34,506 nt of DNA from a virus (IMGVR_UViG_3300012231_000032:1-34506), one strand, 5' to 3'. Shown: positions 18,427-25,929, counted from the first letter of the stretch. The notes: generated by a model from the sequence alone, not told the origin. Made by a program: numbers and translations.

Positions 18427-18606
18427 ATGCCCGAACCTAAGCCAATTCGCAATTACCACGTCCAAGTTACCTGCGACGGCAAGCTAGTTTGGTCCCGCGA
18501 TTGTTGGGCGGAATCCCACGAATCCGCCGAAGCCTTCGTCCGCCGTGAATTCGAGTCATCCGCCCATCATCGCCCCATCACCGTTACCGCCTACTGGAAG
18601 GAGTGA
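18427..18606 (+). CDS. Hypothetical early protein (59 aa)
   Basis: GGAG RBS before ATG 18427. Confidence 0.55.
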   Translation: MPEPKPIRNYHVQVTCDGKLVWSRDCWAESHESAEAFVRREFESSAHHRPITVTAYWKE

Positions 18607-18611
18607 CTCTC

Positions 18612-18857
18612 ATGTCTCAATTCTATGCTTCCATCCAAGGTGCCCGTGGCGCTGTATCCCGCACAGGTTCCAAGCTTTCCGGTCTTTCGGGACATCTCCG
18701 AGGCTGGCACATCGGCGCATACGTCGAATGCCATCACGTCAACGGCGAGGATCGGGTTTTCATCAACCTTACTCACGGCTCAACTAATCCCGGTAGCACC
18801 CAATGCCTTGGCGAATTCCGCCTTGCATCCGATGGTACCTTCGAGAAGGTTCTTTAG
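18612..18857 (+). CDS. Conserved early phage protein (81 aa)
   Basis: AAGGAG RBS; MS.FY..IQG.RG...R.G.K.SG.....GW..G pattern. Confidence 0.65.
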   Translation: MSQFYASIQGARGAVSRTGSKLSGLSGHLRGWHIGAYVECHHVNGEDRVFINLTHGSTNPGSTQCLGEFRLASDGTFEKVL

Positions 18858-18859
18858 GT

Positions 18860-19009
18860 ATGCGCCCGTGGTCCTTCCGCGCGATGCCAGGCCGCATCGC
18901 ATGCACACGAGGCTATCGCGCATGGCATTGGATACCGTGCGCCTATCTCGGTATCGGGATAGTAACAACTACCCTGTATGTATGGGGTTGGTGGAGTATT
19001 GAACTATGA
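18860..19009 (+). CDS. Small hydrophobic protein (49 aa)
   Basis: Tiles between neighbours; ATGA overlap downstream. Confidence 0.4.
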   Translation: MRPWSFRAMPGRIACTRGYRAWHWIPCAYLGIGIVTTTLYVWGWWSIEL

Positions 19010-19110
19010 TTCCTCTCGCCCGATTCCTTTTCGCTCTTGCCAGCATCCTAGCTTTATGCCTTATCCTCGCCCGTTGGGTCGAGACAACCGCTTACTCCCA
19101 CAACTTCTAG
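19006..19110 (+). CDS. Small membrane peptide (34 aa, MIPLARFLFALASILALCLILARW...); absent from the ORF track
   Basis: GGAG RBS; ATGA overlap; one hydrophobic helix. Confidence 0.5.
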   Translation: MIPLARFLFALASILALCLILARWVETTAYSHNF

Positions 19111-19120
19111 GAGTTTCCCA

Positions 19121-19315
19121 GTGATCCGTACAATTGATGGAGCCCTTTGCAAAGAAATCCATCCCTCGCAATACCTTCGCAAGCGGGCAACTTCTTGGAT
19201 GCAAGGCCCTTACCGTGCCCATCCCGGCTATTGGGTCAAGCTAACCTCCCGCATCTACGCTTACCGCGAGCACACTGGCAATATTACCTTCTGGCGGAGG
19301 AATTCCAATGCGTGA
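19121..19315 (+). CDS. Hypothetical early protein
   Basis: AGGAG RBS; GTG start. Confidence 0.5.
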   Translation: MIRTIDGALCKEIHPSQYLRKRATSWMQGPYRAHPGYWVKLTSRIYAYREHTGNITFWRRNSNA

Positions 19316-19508
19316 CCTCTCTCTCCGTTCTCTCGACGGCTCCCGCATCCTGGGCTTATTCACGCCCCCGGCCGGGAGCCCAGAGCTTGTGCAGAACGCT
19401 TATATCCGACTCGCCCTATCCCGCGCTGCGGAGCTAGACGAATGCATTCTTTGGGTAAACTGGAACCCTGTCTGCATTTACAGGCACGAGCCCCCTTCGT
19501 ATGTCTGA
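19308..19508 (+). CDS. Hypothetical early protein
   Basis: GGAGG RBS; 8-nt overlaps with neighbours. Confidence 0.55.
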   Translation: MRDLSLRSLDGSRILGLFTPPAGSPELVQNAYIRLALSRAAELDECILWVNWNPVCIYRHEPPSYV

Positions 19509-19761
19509 CTTATCCCGCCCCGAGCGCGAGACCGGCATCCTCTGGAATGATGCCGATGACTCTGCGATCCTCTGGACTCTCTCCCCTTCCACCAAGGCCC
19601 GGTTGGAGAAGCGGCTGGGAGCCCCGGCTTTCCTCGACCCCAACGGCTCCTGGTCTTGGATTATCCCGAAATCCTGGGTCCGCATCTCCAAGTCCCGGAA
19701 AGCCTCTCCAGCCCAAAAAGCCCATCTATCGAAACTCCACCAGGATCGCGCCAAACCCTAG
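19501..19761 (+). CDS. Hypothetical early protein (86 aa)
   Basis: ERET.I.WN...A..WT...W.IPKSW..I pattern with a basic tail. Confidence 0.6.
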   Translation: MSDLSRPERETGILWNDADDSAILWTLSPSTKARLEKRLGAPAFLDPNGSWSWIIPKSWVRISKSRKASPAQKAHLSKLHQDRAKP

Positions 19762-19798
19762 AAACCCCCATTTGCGGGGGAGTCTGGAGACCTATCTC

Positions 19799-20080
19799 AT
19801 GTCCCCCCATCCCGAACTACCTCCCCCCCCTCGCTATCCCATTTTCATGGTCAAAAAGGGCCGTTCTCCCTTCTATTTCGCCCGTAACCCCAACTCCCGC
19901 CGCAAGTTACCCCCTCACACAGTCATTCATTGCTACGCCGTCTCCGCTGCCGCTGCAACCCGCCTCGCCGCTATCTTCAATCAAGACTTAACCTTACGCT
20001 TCTTCTCCGGTACCTCTGGCGTCCGCCATCCCTCCCCCGGCGGCTCTGCCGAAAACTCAGGCCACGCCTCCGACACTTGA
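19799..20080 (+). CDS. Hypothetical protein (93 aa)
   Basis: GGAG RBS before ATG 19799. Confidence 0.45.
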   Translation: MSPHPELPPPPRYPIFMVKKGRSPFYFARNPNSRRKLPPHTVIHCYAVSAAAATRLAAIFNQDLTLRFFSGTSGVRHPSPGGSAENSGHASDT

Positions 20081-20145
20081 TTTATCCCCCCTTTCCCCCT
20101 CATTTGCTTGCGCCTGCGCGAGTTAGCCGATAATCGCAGCACTGT

Positions 20146-20193
20146 TTGATGATGTATATACCCCCCTTTAGGGGGGTATATGTTCATCATCAA
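20146..20193. repeat. Long imperfect inverted repeat; candidate replication origin
   Basis: TTGATGATGTATATACCCCCC-TTTA-GGGGGGTATATGTTCATCATCAA, intergenic, about 100 nt upstream of the helicase gene. Confidence 0.8.
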
Positions 20194-20294
20194 TAGGGCA
20201 ATCGGCTAGGTACCCCAACCCACCTTGCTTCTGATTATTCCCTTCTTCTGATGATCCTCCGAACCCTCTCCCCCAATCCCGCATCCAATCCCCC

Positions 20295-21350
20295 ATGACA
20301 GAGCCCGAATTCCACGACCCGTCACATGACCCCCATCTCGAAGAACTCATCTGGGACGAACGCTTCAAACCCGGCTACTTCTACGAGTTAGCTGGCAGGC
20401 GCATCTCCCCTCCCCCCTTCCTCTTCGAGAACCTCATCTACACAAACTCCCTCATCATGCTCTCCGGCGAACCCTTCTCCGGCAAGACCCTTCTCATGCT
20501 TAACCTCCTTCTCTCTCTCGACTTAGGACTTCCCCTCTTCGGCGAATACCTCCCCTCCCCTTACCAGCGAACCCTCTTCATAGGTCAGGATGCGGCCACC
20601 TGGGACTATTACGCCCAATACCTCAAGCTCTACCGAGGCTACGTCGGAGATAAGACCGAACCTCCCACCATGAAATCCATGTACTTCTTCAACAAGGGCA
20701 TCTCTCTCCAAGACCCCTCCTTCTTCCCCTGGCTTCAAGAGGCCGTCCGCATCTGGGGCTTCAATGTCCTTATGCTAGATACCCTTCTCGAATTCCACGA
20801 CGCCGACGAGAACTCAAACAAGGAAATGAAGCCCGTTATGCGTGTCCTCAAGGATGCGCGAGACAAACTAGGCATGACGGTCCTCTTCTCCCACCATACC
20901 GGCAAACCGGGGCCAGGGGCTAGGTCCGGCAATTACCGAGCCCGTGGCGCTTCCTGCATCTCTGGCGGCGTGGACCAACACATCCTCATCTCAGGCCGTA
21001 AGAACGGCTTCGCCTTCCTCGACCCCAAAGGCCGTGGCCTTTCTCGGAAAGGTCCGCAAGATGTTCTCTTCGAGGAAAAGTCCCTCTCCCGAGGCATTTC
21101 TCTTTCCCTTCTGCTCGACCCCACGAAAACTCTCGAAGCCCTCGGCAAGAGAGAATCCACCATCCTCGCCTGTGTCACCCAACCCCGAACCCGTGCCGAG
21201 ATCAAATCCGCCCTCGCCTCCGCCTTCCCCGGCTGGACCCCTGACGAACTCTCCCGCCGCACCTCCACCTCCCTCCGTTATCTCACCATCGTCAAACCTA
21301 GGCTAACCCGCCTAGACCGTGGACTTTACGGCCCCCTGGAGACAAAATGA
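20295..21350 (+). CDS. RecA-fold ATPase/helicase (AAA_25, RSF1010 RepA-like) with a C-terminal wHTH-like region
   Basis: Walker A GEPFSGKT, Walker B LMLDT, DENSN..M, HHTGK and RGAS motifs. Confidence 0.85.
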   Translation: MTEPEFHDPSHDPHLEELIWDERFKPGYFYELAGRRISPPPFLFENLIYTNSLIMLSGEPFSGKTLLMLNLLLSLDLGLPLFGEYLPSPYQRTLFIGQDAATWDYYAQYLKLYRGYVGDKTEPPTMKSMYFFNKGISLQDPSFFPWLQEAVRIWGFNVLMLDTLLEFHDADENSNKEMKPVMRVLKDARDKLGMTVLFSHHTGKPGPGARSGNYRARGASCISGGVDQHILISGRKNGFAFLDPKGRGLSRKGPQDVLFEEKSLSRGISLSLLLDPTKTLEALGKRESTILACVTQPRTRAEIKSALASAFPGWTPDELSRRTSTSLRYLTIVKPRLTRLDRGLYGPLETK

Positions 21351-21583
21351 CTTCCACCTTCCTTATCACCGGCTTTAGTACCACCCGCCCCTCTGTCTAC
21401 GCAACTCTCTCCGGCATCAGGCTCCGTTTTGGAGATGTTTCCCTCTCCTGGGATTGGGACGACGCAATGGAGATTGTCTCCGAAATCTCCCGCCTTCATG
21501 CCCTCTCAGTCCGCCACGCATCCCTCGAACAATTCTCTGAATCTCATCTTGACACCTCGCATCACAAGAGTAGGATCGAATAA
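21347..21583 (+). CDS. Hypothetical protein (78 aa)
   Basis: GGAG RBS; ATGA overlap. Confidence 0.55.
   Translation: MTSTFLITGFSTTRPSVYATLSGIRLRFGDVSLSWDWDDAMEIVSEISRLHALSVRHASLEQFSESHLDTSHHKSRIE
21549..21576 (+). promoter_or_regulatory. Sigma-70-like promoter
   Basis: TTGACA-N16-TAGGAT directly upstream of a structured intergenic element. Confidence 0.5.
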
Positions 21584-21586
21584 TTC

Positions 21587-21671
21587 GGGGGCTCCCGCCA
21601 GAGCAGGGCTTCGCTCTCGCTCTACTGCCCCCCGGCAATCAGGGAGCCCCTTTCACCTCGCTATCTGCGAG
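21587..21671 (+). ncRNA. Putative structured leader or small RNA (three-way junction plus hairpin)
   Basis: P1 GGGGCTCCC/GGGAGCCCC encloses P2 (AGAGC-AGGGC-TTC-GCTCT-C-GCTCT) and P3 (TGCC-CCCC-GGCA); a CTCGC/GCGAG hairpin follows before the RBS. Confidence 0.45.
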
Positions 21672-21693
21672 ACAACCCCGAAAGGAGTACGCA

Positions 21694-22005
21694 ATGCCGA
21701 TTTATCGCCAAGGTGATGTCCTCTTGCAGTCCGTTTCCGACTTTCCGGCGGGCAAGTCTCAGAAGTCCCGTTCCATCGTTCTCGCCGAGGGAGAAGCCAC
21801 TGGGCATTCGCATGTTCTGACCTGCGAGCCGGAAGCCCCCGAAGTAGAATTCATTGAGAAGGATGGCACTCTCTACCTCCGGGTTGCCGAGCCCACGCCG
21901 CTCATCCATGAAGAGCATGCCCGCATTGTCGTTGAACCTGGCATTTACAAGGTCAAGAAGGGCCGGGAATACACGCCTGAAGCAATCCGAAACGTAATGG
22001 ATTAA
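21694..22005 (+). CDS. Conserved His-rich beta protein (YRQGDV type), usual partner of DUF6745
   Basis: YRQGDVLL, LAEGEATGH.H, L.HEEH..I...PG.Y and REY.P...R.V.D motifs; AAAGGAG RBS. Confidence 0.8.
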   Translation: MPIYRQGDVLLQSVSDFPAGKSQKSRSIVLAEGEATGHSHVLTCEPEAPEVEFIEKDGTLYLRVAEPTPLIHEEHARIVVEPGIYKVKKGREYTPEAIRNVMD

Positions 22006-22035
22006 CCCCGTTCTTACAGAACAGAAAGGACCGGC

Positions 22036-23031
22036 GTGGACATCACTCTGACCGAAGCCCAAAAGGCTCTCTTCCCTGCTTACCTCGACAAATGGCTTAA
22101 AATCGGGTTCCGTTCCGGCCCCGCTGATCGAGCCAAGGCAGAACTCGGCGTAGCAACCGCCTATTCCCAGGCAGGATTTCCCCCTCCCGAGCGCATCCTA
22201 TGGCTCGGGAGTCCCTTCGCGGGAGCCCTCTTCGACACAGCAATCCAATTTGCTTCTAAGCAAATGCCGGAATCCGTTACCACTCCAATCCCTTCTGCCG
22301 CAAAACCTATTCTCACTTCCGTGCATAATGCTTTGTCTACAGTTATCGACCCTCTGGTCCTATCAATCAATGACCTTTGGACGCTTGCCCATCACCTTAA
22401 CATTTCCAATGTTTCCTACGGACAACACGATGCCGCTATCCTCTGCTTCTACGACTTCTTCGCAGAAGTTTGCGGGATCGAAGACTGCAAAAAGCTCTCT
22501 GGCCTTAACCAGATTGCGGAATCCTCCGGATGGTGGTGGGCATACGACAAACTAGCTGTAATGACCGAGCCTCCCCTGAAGTTAACTCTGGATGACCGGG
22601 GCAATTTCCATGCCGATACCGATTGGGCTCTTCTCTATCCCGACGGCTTCGGTATATGCTCAGTCCATGGAGTGACAGTTCCGCCTTGGATTATCTTGGA
22701 ACCATCTTCCATCTCAGTTGCCCACATCGACGCGGAGCAAAATGTTGAAATTCGCCGGATTATGCTAAATAAATTCGGATGGGGCCGTTACATCCTCGAT
22801 TCAGGAGCTACCGTCGTGGATCAAGACGATTGGGGAACTCTTTACCGTAAAGAAGTTCCCGGAGACGAATCCCTCGTGATGATTAAGGTGGTTAACTCCA
22901 CACCAGAACCGGATGGGCATTTCAAGGATTATCTCATCCGTGTCCCCCCAACCATTACCAAAGCCAGGAAAGCTGTCGCTTGGCACATTGACATGGCAGC
23001 GCAAGACTACATCCCCAACGTGGAGACCTAA
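22036..23031 (+). CDS. DUF6745-like protein
   Basis: YGQHDA, GWWW, D..G..H...AL.YPDG....HGV.VP, E.N.EIRR.M and V.NSTPEPDG.F..Y..RVPP motifs. Confidence 0.8.
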   Translation: MDITLTEAQKALFPAYLDKWLKIGFRSGPADRAKAELGVATAYSQAGFPPPERILWLGSPFAGALFDTAIQFASKQMPESVTTPIPSAAKPILTSVHNALSTVIDPLVLSINDLWTLAHHLNISNVSYGQHDAAILCFYDFFAEVCGIEDCKKLSGLNQIAESSGWWWAYDKLAVMTEPPLKLTLDDRGNFHADTDWALLYPDGFGICSVHGVTVPPWIILEPSSISVAHIDAEQNVEIRRIMLNKFGWGRYILDSGATVVDQDDWGTLYRKEVPGDESLVMIKVVNSTPEPDGHFKDYLIRVPPTITKARKAVAWHIDMAAQDYIPNVET

Positions 23032-23462
23032 TGAAACTCTTCCTTTCCATCCTCGGCGGCTTGGCCCTTCTTCTCCTCATCCTCTTCCTCCCCCTACGGG
23101 CTGAGTCCCAGATTTCCTCCATGACGAGGACTTGGACTGCCCCAGGAGATGACGGCAATGTCGGAACCGCTTCGACTTACGAGATGCGTTGGTCCAAAAT
23201 ACGGCCTGACACAACTTCTATTGCATCCCTTGATAGTTGGTGGAACTCAGCGACAATCGTTACTCCTATGCCGAATCCTTCCATCTCTGGAACACCGCAA
23301 TCTGTGGTCGTTACTCCCACCGGGGGATTCCCAGCAGGTGAGACAATCTATTTCCTAATGCGGGCGTGCGACGAGGTTCCGAACTGTTCCTCCTACAGCA
23401 ACATTCGTGTGGTAGCCGTCCCCGATACGACTCCCCCGAGCCGTATCATCGACCTATTCTAG
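23031..23462 (+). CDS. Secreted single-domain fibronectin type III-like protein
   Basis: Signal peptide (MKLFLSILGGLALLLLILFLPLRA); WTAPGDDG..GTA..Y..RW, YF..RA.DEVPN.S..SN and DTTPP..I.DL motifs. Confidence 0.8.
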   Translation: MKLFLSILGGLALLLLILFLPLRAESQISSMTRTWTAPGDDGNVGTASTYEMRWSKIRPDTTSIASLDSWWNSATIVTPMPNPSISGTPQSVVVTPTGGFPAGETIYFLMRACDEVPNCSSYSNIRVVAVPDTTPPSRIIDLF

Positions 23463-23482
23463 CTTCCAGCTAGGAGGTCACC

Positions 23483-23683
23483 ATGAAAGGTTGGCTGTCT
23501 CCATTCGGGATTCTCTATCGTTCTGGCAGGGCTCCGCTTGTCGGAGCCATTGTCGCTCTCATGCTCATGGCATCTCTCGCATGGGCAAAAGGTCCGGTTG
23601 TAAGCGGCCCCCGCAATGTCTCTGGGGCCGAGCAACCCCTAACCTGGAGCGATTACCTGCTTCTTCTCAGTTCCATTCTCTAG
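23483..23683 (+). CDS. Small membrane or secreted protein (66 aa)
   Basis: AGGAGG RBS; hydrophobic segment ending in AWA. Confidence 0.55.
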   Translation: MKGWLSPFGILYRSGRAPLVGAIVALMLMASLAWAKGPVVSGPRNVSGAEQPLTWSDYLLLLSSIL

Positions 23684-23762
23684 TTGCCTCACGGAACCGA
23701 GTCGCATGTCCACTCATCGAAATAACTGGTCAACAAAATAGCGGATACAGCGGAGGGACGCC

Positions 23763-24119
23763 ATGAGTGACAACCTGCTTCGCATCGCGGAGGAGATGGA
23801 GAGCGCCGCCACTATGCGGTGGAATGAAGGACCGCTCGACGCGGCAATCGGTAATGAAGTGGCCGAATGGGCCGCCCGCCTGCACGCCTTTTGGTCCCCG
23901 GAACGGGCCGAGTTCATGGCGGCGGCGTTGGCGTATGCAACACAAGCGTCCCCGCACCTATCAATGCCGTTCGTTGAGATTCCTTATGACTCGTACATCT
24001 CAGCCTACCGCGCCCTGGTCGCCTCAGAGCGCACGAAGTGCGGCGGCGCATGGTGTTGTGATGGAAACTGGGTTTCTCCGCATCACTGCATGACCTGCGG
24101 CCACGTCAAGGGGAGCTAG
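23763..24119 (+). CDS. Hypothetical protein with Cys/His-rich C-terminus
   Basis: GGAGG RBS; C...CC...HHCxxC motif. Confidence 0.55.
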   Translation: MSDNLLRIAEEMESAATMRWNEGPLDAAIGNEVAEWAARLHAFWSPERAEFMAAALAYATQASPHLSMPFVEIPYDSYISAYRALVASERTKCGGAWCCDGNWVSPHHCMTCGHVKGS

Positions 24120-24134
24120 GTAACGTAGGCGGAA

Positions 24135-24234
24135 GCTGCGGCGGCGTGGAAGGACACGCTAGGTTCGCCAACTGAGGCCGGAGTGAATGGTGGCTCTTTT
24201 CAGGCCAAGCCGGTATCAAGCCCGGCCCGCAGCG
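24135..24234 (+). ncRNA. tRNA-like RNA lacking a canonical anticodon arm
   Basis: Perfect 7-bp acceptor GCTGCGG/CCGCAGC; D-arm GCGT-GGAAGGAC-ACGC; T-arm GCCGG-TATCAAGC-CCGGC; 48-nt non-canonical insert between them; intergenic. Confidence 0.65.
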
Positions 24235-24253
24235 ACCGCAAAAGGAGGGTTGG

Positions 24254-24343
24254 ATGAACGGGTGGTTGTTTGGTGCGTTCGTAATCTTCTGCTTTTTCGC
24301 GCTGGTAGCGTGGATCGTCTACTGGGACAGTAAGCATCCATGA
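24254..24343 (+). CDS. 29-aa membrane peptide (MNGWLFGAFVIFCFFALVAWIVYWDSKHP); absent from the ORF track
   Basis: AAAGGAGG RBS; ATGA overlap with the next gene. Confidence 0.6.
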   Translation: MNGWLFGAFVIFCFFALVAWIVYWDSKHP

Positions 24344-24741
24344 CCGCCCCGAAGCTCACAGCTGCAGAGGCGATTGCGGAGATGCGGTATTGCGCGCCAG
24401 GCTTCCCGTTGAGGGCCAAGCGAATCCAGGTTTGGGCCGATGCAATCGAGGCTGAGCTTGCCGCGAAGGACGCCCGCATCGCGCAGCTTGAAGATTACGT
24501 CCGGGAATGCGAACGGCTCCGCGTGGAGAACCTCGACATACACGGCGCTTTAGGGATACAGCAGCATCGCATCGCGGAGCTTGAGTCGGAGCGGAACTTC
24601 CAAACCAGAGCCGGAGAATTAGAAATGTGGCGAACCATGCACGCGCTTCACGAGGCTACACGCACTGTGGGTTGGGAGTTGTCCGAGATGATTCTCGACG
24701 ACGGCCGCCCGAAGAAGGCGCAACGAAAGATAGCGAAATAA
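24340..24741 (+). CDS. Hypothetical coiled-coil protein
   Basis: RIAQLE / RIAELE heptads. Confidence 0.6.
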   Translation: MTAPKLTAAEAIAEMRYCAPGFPLRAKRIQVWADAIEAELAAKDARIAQLEDYVRECERLRVENLDIHGALGIQQHRIAELESERNFQTRAGELEMWRTMHALHEATRTVGWELSEMILDDGRPKKAQRKIAK

Positions 24742-24775
24742 TTCAATACGAACATCCCAACCAAAAGGAGCCCTA

Positions 24776-24973
24776 ATGCTTTCTCTCTTCGGGACCACAA
24801 TCTCAGGCAAATCAATCGCTCTGTCTCTCATCCACAACGCAGTTGAGGTCGTTACAATGGTGGGTTGGCTGGCGCTGGCTCTTGACGGAAAAATTCTCCT
24901 CTCCATCATTGTCCTCGCAGTCGGCCTTACAATCGAACACATTCTTGCCCTTGCCGTAGGAAAGGTTGCCTAA
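24776..24973 (+). CDS. Small two-TM membrane protein
   Basis: AAAGGAG RBS; two hydrophobic helices; TAATG coupling. Confidence 0.6.
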   Translation: MLSLFGTTISGKSIALSLIHNAVEVVTMVGWLALALDGKILLSIIVLAVGLTIEHILALAVGKVA

Positions 24974-25179
24974 TGTCCAAATCCCAGCTACTAGGCAAAC
25001 CAACTCACAATATCACCTTCCGCAAAAGTGGCGGCTGTGCGGCTTTCCTTCCCGCCGCATCTCACCGCCCCTTCTCTCTGTCTTTTGAAGGCGAACTCAC
25101 GGTTGGAGAGGCGCTTAAACTCTCCAACTGGATCGCTCGATGCTGCAATGAGTTCCATCGAGGCTCGAATGGCGTTTGA
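24973..25179 (+). CDS. Hypothetical protein (68 aa)
   Basis: Translationally coupled to its neighbours. Confidence 0.5.
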   Translation: MSKSQLLGKPTHNITFRKSGGCAAFLPAASHRPFSLSFEGELTVGEALKLSNWIARCCNEFHRGSNGV

Positions 25180-25495
25180 TCTCAACCCCCCTAGTGGTAG
25201 AATAGACCCGCCATGGAGACCATCTCCCGTGGCAGGAGTCAAAATGCCTATCGTGAAGAAAGGCGGGCTGGCAGCGCAACTTTCTGAATCCCTCTGGCAC
25301 CTGGAGCGTCTAATCAACTTGCACGTCGAATGGCAGACTGACTGGTCCGCAATCACGCCTGAATCCTCGAAAGGAGGCCCCAACCCAGACTTCGATCCTG
25401 CGTATCTCGCCCTACTGCGCGAGTCTCCTGGCGAAGTCTACAATCCCGCCGTTCTCGCAGCCCGTGAATTCCTAAAATCAGCCCGAACTAAATAA
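25169..25495 (+). CDS. Hypothetical protein (108 aa)
   Basis: GAGG before ATG 25169; codon style consistent with neighbours. Confidence 0.5.
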   Translation: MAFDLNPPSGRIDPPWRPSPVAGVKMPIVKKGGLAAQLSESLWHLERLINLHVEWQTDWSAITPESSKGGPNPDFDPAYLALLRESPGEVYNPAVLAAREFLKSARTK

Positions 25496-25496
25496 C

Positions 25497-25850
25497 TTGC
25501 TTCCACCCGCTTCCTGCCCTAGTTGTCATGTTCCATTCTGGATGGTGGTTCCACTGGAATTTCAAGAAAGGATGCAAATCCATGTCTACAACAAGGCGCT
25601 CATCTTCTACGACCTTGAAGGCGAAAAAGTCGAATCGTTCCGCTGCCCGCATTGTGCGTTCGAGTGGAGCCCCCCGAGCAGAGAACCCCTCTCCCCTCGA
25701 TGTTCCGACAAGAAACTACCGGAAAAACCTGAACAAACTCCAAGCACAGGCCAGGACCATTCTCGTGAAATCGGGGCAAACTGTGTCCGAGTTTTCCAAG
25801 AAAACGCCCTATACCACCCAATCCATTCACAACAACCTTTCCAATCCTAA
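25497..25850 (+). CDS. Possible zinc-ribbon protein
   Basis: CPSC...CPHC pairs; overlaps the next ORF extensively. Confidence 0.4.
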   Translation: MLPPASCPSCHVPFWMVVPLEFQERMQIHVYNKALIFYDLEGEKVESFRCPHCAFEWSPPSREPLSPRCSDKKLPEKPEQTPSTGQDHSREIGANCVRVFQENALYHPIHSQQPFQS

Positions 25851-25929
25851 TACTGGTCCACTAGCTCTCTACCGATTCTTACATTTCCTCGGTTATCGTC
25901 TGGAGTTCTCCGTTGTTAAAGCCCGATAG
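25582..25929 (+). CDS. Possible Cro/XRE-like HTH protein
   Basis: C-terminal SGQTVSEFSKKTPYTTQSIHNNLSNP...FLGYRLEF; AAAGGA upstream of ATG 25582. Confidence 0.45.
   Translation: MSTTRRSSSTTLKAKKSNRSAARIVRSSGAPRAENPSPLDVPTRNYRKNLNKLQAQARTILVKSGQTVSEFSKKTPYTTQSIHNNLSNPNTGPLALYRFLHFLGYRLEFSVVKAR

Noticed and set aside
21624-21640. ACTGCCCCCCGGCAAT resembles part of a cobalamin riboswitch core
   Set aside because: The other conserved elements (GGGAA, B12 box) are absent and the region is too short.
24135-24234. Canonical tRNA gene
   Set aside because: It has no 5-bp/7-nt anticodon arm and has an 8-nt T-loop; reported as a tRNA-like ncRNA instead.
24776-24973. Holin
   Set aside because: It has two TM helices, but there is no adjacent endolysin and it lies in the early/middle arm.
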